Shown here: positions 37,304 to 50,961 of the stretch, piece by piece
Layout of the letters: each line of letters opens with the position of its first letter
How positions within the stretch are numbered: the stretch's first letter is position 1
Assembly (NCBI GenBank): GCA_049697115.1
Contig: JBAVVD010000060.1
Span: 3,301 to 67,300, forward strand
DNA from: Candidatus Aminicenantales bacterium
GTDB lineage: Bacteria; Acidobacteriota; Aminicenantia; Aminicenantales; UBA4085
Reading direction: 5' to 3'
Length of the DNA: 64,000 bases
Program-made: the position numbers and the translations under genes
Notes under the pieces: model-generated
The model's database searches: none
Told to the model about the DNA's origin: nothing
Seen by the model: only the letters and a program-made list of their open reading frames with translations

Positions 37304-38926
37304 ATGTTTTCTGAAAATAAATACCAAAAAGATGAGATCAGTGAACTCATCTCCAAGGGGAGAAAGCAGGGTTACCTCCTCTTTGAAGATATCGACAAAA
37401 CCTTTCATGACGACATGGAGTCGGAAGAAAATTTCAACGACTTCATGAGTTCCATCGATGACTATGGAATTAAAATCCTTGACACCAAGCAAAAGGAAAT
37501 TATTCCACGAAGGCGAAAAAGCGAACTGCTCTCTCTGCAGGGGCTGGAAAGGACGACCGATCCTGTCAAGCTCTATTTGCGGGAGATGGGGAACATCTCT
37601 CTGCTGACCCGTGAAGGGGAAATTGCCATCGCCAGAGAAATTGAGCGCGGTGAAAAGTCCATCATCAAAGCCCTCTCCAAAACCCGTCTGGTTTTGAATG
37701 AAGTCCTTTCCCTGGAGGGCAAGCTCAAGATTGATCCCGCGATCATCCAGGAAACGTTCGATGTCAGTGAAGACGACATTGCCGAAGGGAAACTCGAAGA
37801 AAAACGGAAGCAAATCCTGGCTAAAATTAAGAAAATCAAGGACCTCAGCCACAAACTGGATAAAATTCCGAACACCAAATCCTACATTCTCGCCCGCAGC
37901 CGGATTATCGTTGAAATGAGCAACCTGATCCGTGAGCTCAATTTGCGTTCGAGCCAGCGGGAAAAAATCATCGGTGTCCTCAGAGAAAAACTGAGAATCG
38001 TCAACGACCTGGAAGAGAAAAAGGAAGATCTGAGCCTGAGCTTGAATAAAATCCGCAAGAAAAAAGAAATCGAAGCGATGAAACAAAAATTGAAAGAGGT
38101 CAACCGCCACCTCCGAAACCACCAGCGGGAAGTCGGGCTGGACTCCCAGAATCTCAGAAAAATCATCCGTTCGATTACGACAGGGAGGAAAATCAGCAAC
38201 CAGGCCAAGAAAGAGCTGGTGGCGGCCAACCTCAGGCTGGTTGTCTCCATCGCCAAGAAATACAGCAACCGCGGCCTTCAGTTTCTCGACCTGATCCAGG
38301 AAGGAAACATGGGTCTGATGAAGGCCGTAGATAAATTCGAATACCGCAGGGGGTACAAATTCTCCACGTACGCCACATGGTGGATCCGGCAGGCCATCAC
38401 CCGCGCCATCGCCGATCAGGCCAGGACGATCCGGATCCCCGTGCATATGATCGAGACCATCAATAAGCTAATCCGTATCTCCAGAAGTCTGGTCCAGGAA
38501 ATCGGACGGGAACCCACCTGTGAAGAAATCGGCAAAAAGATGGACATGCCCGTAAACAAAGTCCGAAAAATCATTAAAATCGCCCAAGAGCCCATCTCAC
38601 TGGAAACACCGATCGGCGAAGAGGAAGACAGCCATCTGAAGGATTTTATCGAGGACAAAATCCTGCCTTCTCCCCCGGATACGGTCATCCACATCAATTT
38701 GAGAGACCAGATTGAAGAGGCCCTCAAATCTCTCACTGAAAGAGAATCTAAAGTTTTAAAGATGAGATTCGGCTTGGGAGACGGAAACGAACACACCCTT
38801 GAAGAGGTCGGACAACAGTTCAAGGTCACGCGTGAACGAATCCGGCAGATTGAGGCCAAGGCTTTGAGAAAATTGAAACATCCCAGTCGGAGCAAGAAAC
38901 TTCGCTCCTTTACCAATGGGAATTAA
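37304..38926 (+). CDS. rpoD: RNA polymerase sigma-70 factor
   Basis: Regions 1.2-4 are present ([34 protein letters not shown]; region 4.2 [27 protein letters not shown]). Confidence 0.95.
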   Translation: MFSENKYQKDEISELISKGRKQGYLLFEDIDKTFHDDMESEENFNDFMSSIDDYGIKILDTKQKEIIPRRRKSELLSLQGLERTTDPVKLYLREMGNISLLTREGEIAIAREIERGEKSIIKALSKTRLVLNEVLSLEGKLKIDPAIIQETFDVSEDDIAEGKLEEKRKQILAKIKKIKDLSHKLDKIPNTKSYILARSRIIVEMSNLIRELNLRSSQREKIIGVLREKLRIVNDLEEKKEDLSLSLNKIRKKKEIEAMKQKLKEVNRHLRNHQREVGLDSQNLRKIIRSITTGRKISNQAKKELVAANLRLVVSIAKKYSNRGLQFLDLIQEGNMGLMKAVDKFEYRRGYKFSTYATWWIRQAITRAIADQARTIRIPVHMIETINKLIRISRSLVQEIGREPTCEEIGKKMDMPVNKVRKIIKIAQEPISLETPIGEEEDSHLKDFIEDKILPSPPDTVIHINLRDQIEEALKSLTERESKVLKMRFGLGDGNEHTLEEVGQQFKVTRERIRQIEAKALRKLKHPSRSKKLRSFTNGN

Positions 38927-39085
38927 CGACCTTCTTTCCTTATTCGCACTCTCCCAATCCTAAAATCGACCTCCCGTAAACATCGCGGATTTCCATAGGG
39001 TCATGAAGGGGACGGCATTCTGCAAAACCATGATCGGACCCTCGTGTGAATCAGGGAACATAAGCCTCGCTCTATGAGTGGCCTT

Positions 39086-39155
39086 GGAGAGTTCCTGTGT
39101 ATTCTCGACCAAACCCACCCTTCCCCCTAGGTCTTCGAACACACAGGAACTCTCC
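39086..39155. other. Perfect 15-bp inverted repeat (ggagagttcctgtgt ... acacaggaactctcc) with a 40-nt spacer, between rpoD and the tRNA promoter
   Basis: Seen directly. Possible rpoD terminator or structured element, though no U-tract follows. Confidence 0.4.
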
Positions 39156-39203
39156 AGGCCCCAATTGAATTTCTATCGGCAAGTTTGGGACGTCGGCAGA
39201 GGT

Positions 39204-39232
39204 TTGACTTGGGGGGGAATATTTGTTATAAG
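39204..39232 (+). promoter_or_regulatory. Sigma70 promoter TTGACT-17-TATAAG driving the CAT-anticodon tRNA
   Basis: ttgact at 39204-39209, a 17-nt spacer, tataag at 39227-39232. The tRNA begins at 39244. Confidence 0.5.
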
Positions 39233-39243
39233 AAACTTTACGA

Positions 39244-39315
39244 GGGCCTATAGCTCAGCGGTAGAGCCACCGGCTCATAACCGGCAGGTCCCAGGTTCGA
39301 ATCCTGGTAGGCCCA
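39244..39315 (+). tRNA. tRNA with CAT anticodon (body resembles tRNA-Ile; likely tRNA-Ile2(k2CAU) or elongator Met)
   Basis: GGGCCTATAGCTCAGCGGTAGAGCCACCGGCTCATAACCGGCAGGTCCCAGGTTCGAATCCTGGTAGGCCCA. The acceptor stem GGGCCTA/TAGGCCC is Ile-like and the anticodon loop is CTCATAA. Confidence 0.85.
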
Positions 39316-39335
39316 TATCGTGTTGAGGCAATAAT

Positions 39336-40082
39336 GTGGATATTGAATTCGACAAATTAATCCACCTCCAATGTGTTGATTCTCAAATAAATCACATCTC
39401 TTTACTTCTCGAACAAATCCCTTCCCAGATAGAAGAAATTGACCGGAAAATCAAGTCCAGCACTCAAATTGTCCTCGAGGCCAAAGAAAAATTGGCTGCC
39501 AATCAGAAAAAAAGGAGAGATTTGGAAGTCCAGGTGAAAGACTTACGGACCCAGATCACAAAGTATAAACGCCAGCAGTCGGCCATTAAAACAAACAAAG
39601 AATATGCGGCTCTCCTGAAAGAAATCGACGAAACTCAGCAGAAGATCGATGCCCTGGAAGAAGAGATCATCAACGAGATGATCCAGGCCGATGACATCGA
39701 GAAAGAGATCAAAGAAGCCATCCAAAAATACCGTGAGGAAGAGCAGAAGTTACAGAAAGAAAAAGCGGCCATCGCCCAAAACAAAAAGGAGCTGGAAGAG
39801 AATAGGGAATGTCTACTCCAAGAAAAAAACGAGCTGGTTCCCAGGATTCCTCGAGACCAGATCAATCTCTACCTGAAGATCTCCACGAAAAAGGGAGGCG
39901 TTGCCCTTTCTCCGGTCCCTGACGATTTCTGTTCCATGTGCCATATGCGCATCCGTCCTCAGGTCGTGGACGAGCTTTTCGGCACGAATACGCTCATCCT
40001 CTGTGAGAACTGCGGGAGAATCCTCTACTGGGAAAAGAAAGACGAAGAGTCCGAAAAATTGGAAAAAACGGCCAAACCTTAA
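39336..40082 (+). CDS. Zn-ribbon coiled-coil protein (COG1579/DUF164 family)
   Basis: Long coiled-coil followed by a C-terminal CxxC...CxxC zinc ribbon (CSMCHMRIRPQ...CENCGRILY). GTG start. Confidence 0.65.
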   Translation: MDIEFDKLIHLQCVDSQINHISLLLEQIPSQIEEIDRKIKSSTQIVLEAKEKLAANQKKRRDLEVQVKDLRTQITKYKRQQSAIKTNKEYAALLKEIDETQQKIDALEEEIINEMIQADDIEKEIKEAIQKYREEEQKLQKEKAAIAQNKKELEENRECLLQEKNELVPRIPRDQINLYLKISTKKGGVALSPVPDDFCSMCHMRIRPQVVDELFGTNTLILCENCGRILYWEKKDEESEKLEKTAKP

Positions 40083-40109
40083 GGCTTGAAAGCGAAATTC
40101 CCCCTCTTT

Positions 40110-41906
40110 TTATCGAGGCTCACCCAAATCATCCAGGTACATGGCGTCAATCAAATTTTTATACTTCTGCTCGATAATATTTCTTTTGACTTTCAGTGTC
40201 GGCGTCATTTCTCCTTTATCGATCTCGAAGTCCCGGTCCAGGAGGGAAATTCTTTTAATTTTTTCATAAGAGGCCAGATTAGGCGTCGTTCTCTCGATCT
40301 CTGAGAGGACAAAATGGATGATTTGTTCGTTCTGGACAAGGGCCGACCGGCTCAAAAAGGAAATCTGGCTGCCCCTGGCGTATTCCTCCAGCTTTTCAAA
40401 GTTCGGGACGATCAGGGCCGAGATAAACCTTCGGCGGTCACCAATGACAACGGCGTTGGAGATTAAAGGATTGGTCTTGAGGATATTTTCAATGGGCTGG
40501 GGCGCAATATTCTTCCCTCCGGCGGTGACAATCAAGTCCTTTTTGCGGTCAGTGATCACAAGGAATCCGTCCTTGTCGAAATGCCCGATATCGCCTGTGC
40601 GGAGCCAGTCCCCTTCAAAGATTTCCTTTGTCTCCGCCTCCTTCTTGTAATAGGCTTTCATGACGTTCGGTCCCCTGGTCAGAATCTCACCGTCCGGAAC
40701 AATCTTAACTTCCACTCCAGGGATGGGCTTCCCCACTGTCCCAAAGCGCAGGTTTTCAAATGTGTTCACTGAGATGACGGGAGAGGTTTCGGTCAGCCCA
40801 TAGCCTTCCAGAACGACAAGTCCGAGGGCGTAGAAAAATTCGGCGATATCCTGGGAGAGGGGGGCTCCCCCGGACACGAAAAACCGCACTCTTCCACCGG
40901 TCTTTTCGATGACCTTGGAAAAAACAAGTTTGTGGGCCAGATTTCTCTTGAACCGGAGAAATCCGGAAATCGGCTGGTTTTCAAGCTTCCGTCTCCCGTA
41001 TTCTTTTCCCACTTTAACGGCCCAGAAGAAAATCTTCCTCTTCAGACCGGAGCTGGCCAGGACATTGTCCATGACTTTGGAATAAATTTTTTCAAAAACA
41101 CGCGGCACGCTGACCATGATATGGGGCCTGACCTCAAGAAGATTTTCGGACACCGTTTCCATTTTCTCCGCATAGCCGATGGTGCAGCCCTTATAAATGT
41201 AGGTAAACGACACCATCCGCTCCAAAACATGCGAGAGCGGAAGAAACGATAGAACAGTATCTTTCTCATCAAACTCAATGACTTCAGCGGTGGCCTTGAT
41301 GTTGCTGATAAAATTGCTGTGGGTAAGGATGACTCCTTTGGGAATGCCCGTTGTTCCTGATGTGTAAATAATCGAAGCTTCGTCATCGGGTTTGACCTGA
41401 AGGGCCAGTTTATTAAAAAGATCGGGCTGCTCCTTGGCGACTTTCTCGCCCCGTTCGATGATCTGTTGAAAGGTGAAGGCTCCGTCAGGGGCCACTGATT
41501 CAAAAGTGATGTAATGTTGGACCTTAGACAGACTGTCCTTGATGGCCTCTATTTTTTTCCATTGATCGAGGTCAGAGACAACCACCGTTGTGGAGTCAGA
41601 ATCTTCGATGATATATTTCGCCTGCTCCGCCACGAGGGAGGTGTAAATGGGGACCGTAATTCCTCCCAGGCAGAGATTGGCAAGATCCGTCATGATCCAT
41701 TCCGGCTTCGTTTCAGAGAGAATAACGAGCTTATCGCCTTTTTTAACTCCCAAACTCATGAGGCCAAGGCAAAAATGCTTTATTTGCTTGCCGAATTCTT
41801 CTGTCGAGATGGGGACATAGCGCCCCTCTTTTTTTACAAGAATGAATTCCGGTTTTGGAAAGGACTTGATCGAATTCAGTAATAATTGAGATAATGTGTG
41901 GACCAT
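40110..41906 (-). CDS. Long-chain fatty-acid--CoA ligase (AMP-dependent synthetase)
   Basis: AMP-binding motif YTSGTTGIPKGV and FadD-like length (598 aa). Confidence 0.85.
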   Translation of the reverse strand: MVHTLSQLLLNSIKSFPKPEFILVKKEGRYVPISTEEFGKQIKHFCLGLMSLGVKKGDKLVILSETKPEWIMTDLANLCLGGITVPIYTSLVAEQAKYIIEDSDSTTVVVSDLDQWKKIEAIKDSLSKVQHYITFESVAPDGAFTFQQIIERGEKVAKEQPDLFNKLALQVKPDDEASIIYTSGTTGIPKGVILTHSNFISNIKATAEVIEFDEKDTVLSFLPLSHVLERMVSFTYIYKGCTIGYAEKMETVSENLLEVRPHIMVSVPRVFEKIYSKVMDNVLASSGLKRKIFFWAVKVGKEYGRRKLENQPISGFLRFKRNLAHKLVFSKVIEKTGGRVRFFVSGGAPLSQDIAEFFYALGLVVLEGYGLTETSPVISVNTFENLRFGTVGKPIPGVEVKIVPDGEILTRGPNVMKAYYKKEAETKEIFEGDWLRTGDIGHFDKDGFLVITDRKKDLIVTAGGKNIAPQPIENILKTNPLISNAVVIGDRRRFISALIVPNFEKLEEYARGSQISFLSRSALVQNEQIIHFVLSEIERTTPNLASYEKIKRISLLDRDFEIDKGEMTPTLKVKRNIIEQKYKNLIDAMYLDDLGEPR

Positions 41907-42162
41907 TTTTCCCTCCTCATAAATGTGTGCTCATTGTAATTTTGCCCTCTGGCTCTGTCAAGCGAAAAAAAAGACCTAAAAAGGGCGAGCGGCCAGTCGT
42001 TTAAATGATGTTTCGGGGCGAGAAGTGAATGGCGAAAAACCCCTCTGAAGACTGAGCGGGCATGGTTTTTCTTCGCAGAAGAAAAGAGCGAAGGATGATG
42101 GGAGCTGATTTTCCTCGCCGGGGAAAATCAGCGCGGTTTTGAGTTATTCACTTCGAGCCCGA

Positions 42163-44637
42163 TTAACTCTCCCGCGCCTTGGCAACAGAGCAGACGCGGT
42201 CCTTCTCTTCGAGCTGAATGAGGCGAACCCCCTGGGTGGCTCTCCCGGAAGGCCGAACCTGTTTTGTTTTGATGCGGATCACCTTGCCGGATTCGGTCAC
42301 AATAAGCAGGTCCTCTTCGGAGATTCCGAGGATTTCCAGAGCATTCCCGATCCTGGAGTTCACTTTCAGATTGATCAATCCCTTTCCTCCCCGTCGCTGC
42401 CGGCGGTAGAAATTGATTTCTGTCTTCTTTCCGTAGCCTTTCAGACTGGCTGTGAAGATAAACCGGTCTTTTTCATCGATGGCCACCATACCGATCACGG
42501 CATCCTTTTTTCCGAGCGAAATCGCCCGCACACCGGTCGCCTGCCGTCCCATGGGCCGGATATCGCTTTCTTTAAATCGGATGGCTTTGCCCAGCTTTGT
42601 GGCAATGATGATATCCTTTTTACCATCGGTGATCTTGGTCCACAGAAGTTCGCTTTTCGGCCGGAGTGTGACGGCGATAATCCCGCCCCGGCGGATATTC
42701 TTGAACTCATCGAGACACGTCTTTTTGATCAATCCATTGGTGGTCAGCATGACAATGAACTTGTTCTCGCTGAAATCCTTGATCGCAACGACAGAAGTCA
42801 CATTTTCTTCCGGCTGAAACTGGATGAGATTGTTGATCGACTTCCCGCGGCCGGAGATGCCGACATCAGGAATCTCCAGGGCCTTCAGCCAATACACCCG
42901 CCCCTTATTGGTGAAAAAGAGAAGATAGCTGTGCGTGGAGCAAACATAGATGTTCTCCACCACATCCTCGGGCCTCATGCTGATGCCCTTCCTCCCTTTC
43001 CCGCCGCGCAATTGGAAGTGGTAGGAGCTGAGGGAAGTCCGCTTGATGTAGCCGGAGGAGGTGTAGAGAACCGCCACATCTTCTTCTTTAATCAGGTCTT
43101 CCGGACGAATCTCGGTAATCATTTCATCCCGGATTTCCGTGCGGCGTTCATCTTGGTATTCCTCTTTGATCTGTTTGAGCTCTTCAACAATAATGTCCTG
43201 GATCAGCTTATCCGAGCCGAGAATTTTCCTCAGCTTCAGGATGGTCTTCTTGAGCTCTTCACACTCCTGAACAATCTTCTGCCTTTCCAGCCGAGTGAGT
43301 TTCTGAAGCTGCATCTCCAGAATCGCCTGGGCCTGGATCTGGGTCATCTTGAACTTTTCCATCAATCCGGTCCTGGCCTCTTCAACGCTCTTGGAAGAGC
43401 GGATGAGCTTGATGATGGCGTCCAGGTGGTCCAGAGCTTTTGTCAATCCTTCCAGAATATGAGCCCTCTGTTCGGCCTTTTTCAGCTCAAAGCGCGTCCG
43501 GCGGCGGACCACATCCTGACGGTGAGAAATGAAATATTTGATTATCTCGATCAAGCCCAACAGCTTGGGCTGCTTATCCACAATGGCCAGGAGGATTATC
43601 CCAAACGATGTCTGAAGGGCTGTGTGCTTGTAGAGGTTGTTCAAGACAACCTCGGGGAGTTCTCCCTTCTTGACTTCAATGACGATGCGCATCCCTTCAC
43701 GGTCGGACTCATCACGGATATCGGCAATCCCTTCGACTTTCTTCTCATTGACAAGCTCGGCCATGTTCTCCAGGAGGCGGGATTTATTCACCAGATAGGG
43801 TATCTCGGTGACAACAATTCTCTCCCTTTCGCCTTTATCCCCACGCTCGATGAGTGTTTTGGCACGGATATGGACAATCCCCTTACCCTCTTTATAGGCC
43901 TCGCAGATGCCCTGCCGGTTGAACATGTAGCCGCCGGTAGGGAAATCCGGTCCGGAGATGAATTCCATCGCCTTGTCCAGACTGGCATTCGGATGCTTGA
44001 GAAGATAGATCGTCCCGTCGATGACCTCAGACAGGTTATGCGGCGGGATATTGGTCGCCATGCCCACGGCGATTCCGGAACCGCCGTTGATTAGGAGATT
44101 GGGAAATTTGGCCGGAAGGACATCGGGCATGGTTAGGCTCTCGTCATAATTGGGGATGAAATTGACCGTGTCCTTCTCGATATCCGCCATGAGCTCCTGG
44201 GCAATCTTTTTCATCCGGACTTCAGTGTAGCGCATGGCCGCCGGAGGGTCGCCGTCAATGGAGCCGAAATTTCCCTGGCCATCCACAAGGGGATAGCGGA
44301 GGCTAAAATCCTGGGCCATGCGGACCAGTGTGTCGTAGACCGCCGTCTCGCCGTGAGGATGGAACTTTCCGATGACATCGCCGACAATGCGGGCTGATTT
44401 CTTGTACGGTTTGTTCCAGTTGGTTCCTGAATCGTACATGGCGTAGAGGGTGCGGCGATGGACAGGCTTCAGCCCATCCTTGATGTCGGGGATCGCCCGC
44501 CCGATGATGACGCTCATGGCGTAGTCCAGGTAAGAGCGCTTCATTTCCTCTTCAAGGCTGACCACAGAAACATCCGCGGCAGCCGGTGGGATTTCTTTTT
44601 TGACGTTTTTCTCTTCATCCATGGGACTCATTCCCAC
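42163..44637 (-). CDS. gyrA: DNA gyrase subunit A
   Basis: [29 protein letters not shown] and the active-site Tyr region, with C-terminal beta-pinwheel repeats. The long +ORF 42139-44094 is its antisense shadow. Confidence 0.95.
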   Translation of the reverse strand: MGMSPMDEEKNVKKEIPPAAADVSVVSLEEEMKRSYLDYAMSVIIGRAIPDIKDGLKPVHRRTLYAMYDSGTNWNKPYKKSARIVGDVIGKFHPHGETAVYDTLVRMAQDFSLRYPLVDGQGNFGSIDGDPPAAMRYTEVRMKKIAQELMADIEKDTVNFIPNYDESLTMPDVLPAKFPNLLINGGSGIAVGMATNIPPHNLSEVIDGTIYLLKHPNASLDKAMEFISGPDFPTGGYMFNRQGICEAYKEGKGIVHIRAKTLIERGDKGERERIVVTEIPYLVNKSRLLENMAELVNEKKVEGIADIRDESDREGMRIVIEVKKGELPEVVLNNLYKHTALQTSFGIILLAIVDKQPKLLGLIEIIKYFISHRQDVVRRRTRFELKKAEQRAHILEGLTKALDHLDAIIKLIRSSKSVEEARTGLMEKFKMTQIQAQAILEMQLQKLTRLERQKIVQECEELKKTILKLRKILGSDKLIQDIIVEELKQIKEEYQDERRTEIRDEMITEIRPEDLIKEEDVAVLYTSSGYIKRTSLSSYHFQLRGGKGRKGISMRPEDVVENIYVCSTHSYLLFFTNKGRVYWLKALEIPDVGISGRGKSINNLIQFQPEENVTSVVAIKDFSENKFIVMLTTNGLIKKTCLDEFKNIRRGGIIAVTLRPKSELLWTKITDGKKDIIIATKLGKAIRFKESDIRPMGRQATGVRAISLGKKDAVIGMVAIDEKDRFIFTASLKGYGKKTEINFYRRQRRGGKGLINLKVNSRIGNALEILGISEEDLLIVTESGKVIRIKTKQVRPSGRATQGVRLIQLEEKDRVCSVAKARES

Positions 44638-44764
44638 TGACTCTGACCGGACTTATGGGCACTCCGGAGGAACCTCTGCCCGCTTCCCGAATGAAACCAG
44701 CCCGCTTATTCTGGCCGGTGTCCATGTCGGGAGTGAAGTGCGCCGTATCCAAAGAAACTCTCTT

Positions 44765-47215
<2,451 letters not shown>

Positions 47216-47227
47216 TCAACGGTAAAA

Positions 47228-47256
47228 ATTATACCAAAAATCCTTATGAAAGTAAA
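47228..47256 (-). promoter_or_regulatory. Putative gyrB promoter TTTACT-17-TGgTATAAT (extended -10) on the minus strand
   Basis: rc of attatacca (47228-47236) is tggtataat. The -35 tttact is rc of 47251-47256. About 72 nt upstream of the gyrB start. Confidence 0.4.
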
Positions 47257-47622
47257 TTAAATTTGAGGGCCGAATCCACAATATTTTGTGGGGGAGGACC
47301 TTCACGGTCCCCATTTTTTGGGGTTTGACTTCATCCTGAAATCTCGCATCTTCTGTCCTGAGACATCTGGATGGAAAGCCGGACTCAAGGGCCCGCATAA
47401 GACACCCCTAAATAAAAAGAAAAGGCTCTCTACTATTTGGAGTGGATGAGAAAAAAGATATCCAGAATGGCTGCGCTCCCCTTCAGGTTTTTCACGCCGT
47501 TCCCTCTCCGCTCCTGGAGGCGGCTGCGGAACTCGCATCATTGATTTGTTCATTAAAAGGAAGATTAAAAAATGGGAGAAAGCTCCCATTTTTTCCAATG
47601 CATATCCCTTTTTCGGGAAAAG

Positions 47623-47711
47623 CTCAGACATCCTCGCCGCCCGGCCAAGCCGGGTTCCCTCCAAGAGCGCCTCGGAAAGGCTAAACCTTCAATGGTCGCT
47701 TCAGCCATTCC
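47623..47711 (-). repeat. ~89-bp structured intergenic repeat, copy B (inverse orientation), in the 570-bp gyrB/GTPase divergent region
   Basis: The reverse complement aligns to 29828-29916 with ~7 mismatches, some within hairpin loops. Confidence 0.8.
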
Positions 47712-47829
47712 GAATATCTTCCTTATATGAATCCACCCCAAATGGAAGAGAACCAATAAAAAGAATGAAATTGAAGAAATTGATAATGGGTCCCCGAATT
47801 CAGTATAATTTTGAGAGGAAGGAAATCCA

Positions 47830-48825
47830 ATGCCGGCCAATCTGCCTCCCCAATATTTTGATACGGAAAGAAAGCTCAAGACGGCCCGGACTCCCCAGGA
47901 AAAAGTTGAGATTCTGGAAGAGCTTCTGTCCATCGTACCCAAGCACAAAGGAACGGAAAAGCTCCAGGCTCAACTCAAGACCAAAATCGCCAGACTCAAG
48001 GACGAAATGCAGAAAAGGCCGGCCTCAGGCCGGCATGGCCCGAGTCACATCATCGAAAAGCGAGGAGCCGGCCAGGTCATCGTCTTCGGTCCTCCAAACA
48101 CAGGGAAATCCACGCTGATCAAATCACTGACCGGAGCTGAGCCGGAAATCGGAAATTACCCTTTCACAACCCGCCTTCCCGCGCCGTATATGATGAAATA
48201 CGAAAACATTCAGATTCAACTTGTCGACACGCCGCCGCTCTCTGCCGACACAATGGAAAGCGGACAGATTGAGCTCATCAAAGTGGCGGACGGAGGTCTG
48301 CTCGTCGTCGATCTTTCCGACTCCGCCACACCTGAAATCCTGGAGGCCCTTCTGGCCAAACTCAAAGAAAAAAGAGTGGAGCTGGTCCGTAAAGACTCCG
48401 TCCCTGCAGAAGACACTCCCGTTCCCCCCTTCCGGAAGAGAGCCTTAGTCATCGCCAACAAGAAAGATCAGGATTCTTCCGGCGAAAATCTCAAAGCTTT
48501 AAAATTTTTCTTTGACAATCAATTGACGATTCTTCCGCACTCGGCAATACACGGCGAAAGTCAGAACGACCTCAAAAAAAAGATTTTCTCCTTTCTTGAA
48601 ATCATCCGCGTCTACAGTAAAGCGCCCGGAAAAAAGCCCGATTATGAAGAACCTTTTGTCTTGAGAAAAGGAAGCACGGTCATGGATATGGCCAGGGCCG
48701 TCCACAAGGACTTTGCCCTGAAACTCACCTACGTCCGGATTTGGAGCCGGAGCAAATATGACGGCCAGATGGTCAACCGCGACCACGTCCTCGAGGATGA
48801 GGACGTTCTCGAGCTCCACATTTGA
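47830..48825 (+). CDS. Obg-superfamily GTPase of the DRG type with C-terminal TGS domain
   Basis: G1 FGPPNTGKST, G2 YPFTTR and a C-terminal TGS-like segment (...VRIWSRSKYDGQMVNRDHVLEDEDVLEL). Confidence 0.65.
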   Translation: MPANLPPQYFDTERKLKTARTPQEKVEILEELLSIVPKHKGTEKLQAQLKTKIARLKDEMQKRPASGRHGPSHIIEKRGAGQVIVFGPPNTGKSTLIKSLTGAEPEIGNYPFTTRLPAPYMMKYENIQIQLVDTPPLSADTMESGQIELIKVADGGLLVVDLSDSATPEILEALLAKLKEKRVELVRKDSVPAEDTPVPPFRKRALVIANKKDQDSSGENLKALKFFFDNQLTILPHSAIHGESQNDLKKKIFSFLEIIRVYSKAPGKKPDYEEPFVLRKGSTVMDMARAVHKDFALKLTYVRIWSRSKYDGQMVNRDHVLEDEDVLELHI

Positions 48826-49963
48826 CTTCGTCCTCCTGAAAAGCCGCTGTTAAAATCTCCAGATAATCCCTGACCCCGGCCTCCCTCGGATTGGAGGAAT
48901 TGGAATTGTTCGCATACGACTTTTGGGCAATTTCCAGAAACTGGCTTTCCTTGATGCCCAGGGTCCGGAAGGCCGGAATGCCCAGGGCACGGGACAAGTC
49001 TTTGATCATTTGGATGAGGGACCGGGCGGCCTTTCTGTCATTGTGTTCCTCAATTCCTGCGATCCTGGCGATTTCCGCATAGCGCCCGACCGAGACAGGG
49101 AGGTTGAACTCCATCACAAAAGGGAAAAAAATGGAGTTGGCCACGCCGTGGGGAATATCGTAAAGAGAGCCGACCGCCTCGGCAATGCAGTGGACAGAGC
49201 CGACGTCGCTGTTGCCAAAGGCCAATCCCGCCAATAGACTCGCTTTCATCAACCCTTCCCTGGCTTCTCTATTTTTTTTGATATCTTTATATGCTCCCTC
49301 GATGAATCGGAAAACCAAAAAAAGGGCTTCGCGGGCAAACACGTCAGTCACGAAATTCGCCGGTTTCACGGAATAGGCCTCAACGGCATGCGTCAGGGCG
49401 TCCAGCCCTGTGGCCGCCACCAAGGGCTGCGGCAGCGTCCGGAGCAAATCGGGATCGACAAGTGCGACCGCCGGAAACATCAGCGGGCCCTTGATGCTCA
49501 TCTTGAACTGGCGTTCCTCGTGGGTGATGACAGAAACCCAGGTGACCTCGCTTCCTGTTCCGCAGGTCGTCGGAATGGCGAGCACCGGAAGAGGCGCGGC
49601 TTTATATTTCCCTCTTCCTTCATAATCGGCGATGTCCCCGCTGTTGGTGGCCAGCAGGGCAATGGCCTTTGCCGCATCCAGAACACTTCCTCCCCCAAGG
49701 CCGATGACAAGGTCAGGCATCCGCTTGCGGACAATCTGGCCGCCCCGGTTGACTGTGCGGCTCTTTGGGTTCGCCTCGATTTCATCAAAAACATGGACAT
49801 TCGGCAACTGGGAAAGCACTTTTCCAGCCAAGCCGGCCTGGACAATTCCCCTGTCCGTTACAAGGAATGGGCGGGAAGCGCCCAGTTCCAAACTTACAAT
49901 CTCTTTGAGCCTGGATAGTGCGCCAGTCTCAAAAATGATGCGGGTGGGATTAAAAAACTGCAT
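48773..49963 (-). CDS. Iron-containing (group III) alcohol dehydrogenase
   Basis: Likely start MQFFNPTRIIFETGA (49962 by my count; the track uses GTG at 50041). Fe-ADH motifs GGGSVLDAAKAIA and the His-rich metal site. Confidence 0.8.
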   Translation of the reverse strand: MQFFNPTRIIFETGALSRLKEIVSLELGASRPFLVTDRGIVQAGLAGKVLSQLPNVHVFDEIEANPKSRTVNRGGQIVRKRMPDLVIGLGGGSVLDAAKAIALLATNSGDIADYEGRGKYKAAPLPVLAIPTTCGTGSEVTWVSVITHEERQFKMSIKGPLMFPAVALVDPDLLRTLPQPLVAATGLDALTHAVEAYSVKPANFVTDVFAREALFLVFRFIEGAYKDIKKNREAREGLMKASLLAGLAFGNSDVGSVHCIAEAVGSLYDIPHGVANSIFFPFVMEFNLPVSVGRYAEIARIAGIEEHNDRKAARSLIQMIKDLSRALGIPAFRTLGIKESQFLEIAQKSYANNSNSSNPREAGVRDYLEILTAAFQEDEVKCGARERPHPRGRGRG

Positions 49964-50127
49964 TATTTGCGGAAATTCCGGGCATTTGGATTGGTCATGT
50001 TCCACACGGCCGCCCCACACAGAGAACTGAATAAAGTCCACACGACTTCTTAATGGACCGCCTTCCTCCAGAACCTCTCGGAAAATGGAACTCCAGCGAA
50101 TGAGGATCTCTCAATAGTGATTCCGTT

Positions 50128-50961
50128 TTAAATGCGGATGGAAATTCCTCCCCGCAGCAGGAAGCCGTTCCAGATTCCATAATCCACCAGGAGATACACA
50201 TTCTTCGTGATCATCCCTTTGACCCCGAAGCTGAGCTGGATAAAGGGCAGAAAGCCTGGATAGGTCATTGGCTCTCCTTCATCGCCCTCTTCTTTCTTTC
50301 GCTCCTCATCTTCTTTCTTTAACTGCGCGAGAGTCTTGGAGGCGGATTCTTCAATAATCTCAGAGCTGCCGTCCGGATTAAGTAAAGTCCCTATAAAAGA
50401 ATAGGTCAATGAGGCGTTGTCGAGAGCCGAACCGCCGGCAAAGCCAAAGCCCAGAGTAATGTAGGGCCGGACCCTCCAGGAGGGCTTGATGTCCCAGCGA
50501 AAGCTCAAATGAAATGACAGCGGCTTTATAAGGAATTCGCCATTCGCATCCGCCTGAAAAGAGCCGGTTTCCCCGAGTTCATTTTCCAGGACCAGAGAAG
50601 TGGCCAGACTGGGCAGAGACAGCTTCATGGTTGTTTTTTCGACGGAGAGGCCCAGGCTGAAGGAGCCCTCTTCGCCCCCCGGATACCATCGGAATTCAAA
50701 ACCGAAATTATTTCCTCCCGAGTCGAAGTCGACAACATTTGTGTAGCTTGTTTCCTGCCATTCCGGATTATCCTCCTTGATCTTATCCACCATATTCGTC
50801 TTGATTCCATCGGCGATCATATCCTCGACCATGGATTCCAGCCAGTTGATGCTCCAGGAAGAAAAATGAAATCCGAACTCAATCTTTCCCTTAGCCGAAA
50901 GGGGAAGAGTCAAGACCATCAGAAGACACAGAAGGACGGATATTCCCATAATTTTTTTCAT
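50128..50961 (-). CDS. Hypothetical secreted / outer-membrane beta-rich protein
   Basis: Signal peptide MKKIMGISVLLCLLMVLTLPLSA (internal start) and a beta-strand-rich body with alternating hydrophobics. No family recognised. Confidence 0.35.
   Translation of the reverse strand: MKKIMGISVLLCLLMVLTLPLSAKGKIEFGFHFSSWSINWLESMVEDMIADGIKTNMVDKIKEDNPEWQETSYTNVVDFDSGGNNFGFEFRWYPGGEEGSFSLGLSVEKTTMKLSLPSLATSLVLENELGETGSFQADANGEFLIKPLSFHLSFRWDIKPSWRVRPYITLGFGFAGGSALDNASLTYSFIGTLLNPDGSSEIIEESASKTLAQLKKEDEERKKEEGDEGEPMTYPGFLPFIQLSFGVKGMITKNVYLLVDYGIWNGFLLRGGISIRI

Noticed and set aside
42139-44094. 651-aa +ORF
   Set aside because: It lies entirely antisense to gyrA and has no recognisable domains. Long antisense ORFs are expected in a 55% GC highly expressed gene.
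47442-48118. 80-aa and 190-aa +ORFs upstream of, and out of frame with, the GTPase
   Set aside because: They overlap the 89-bp repeat copy B and are low-complexity. The GTPase has its own start at 47830.
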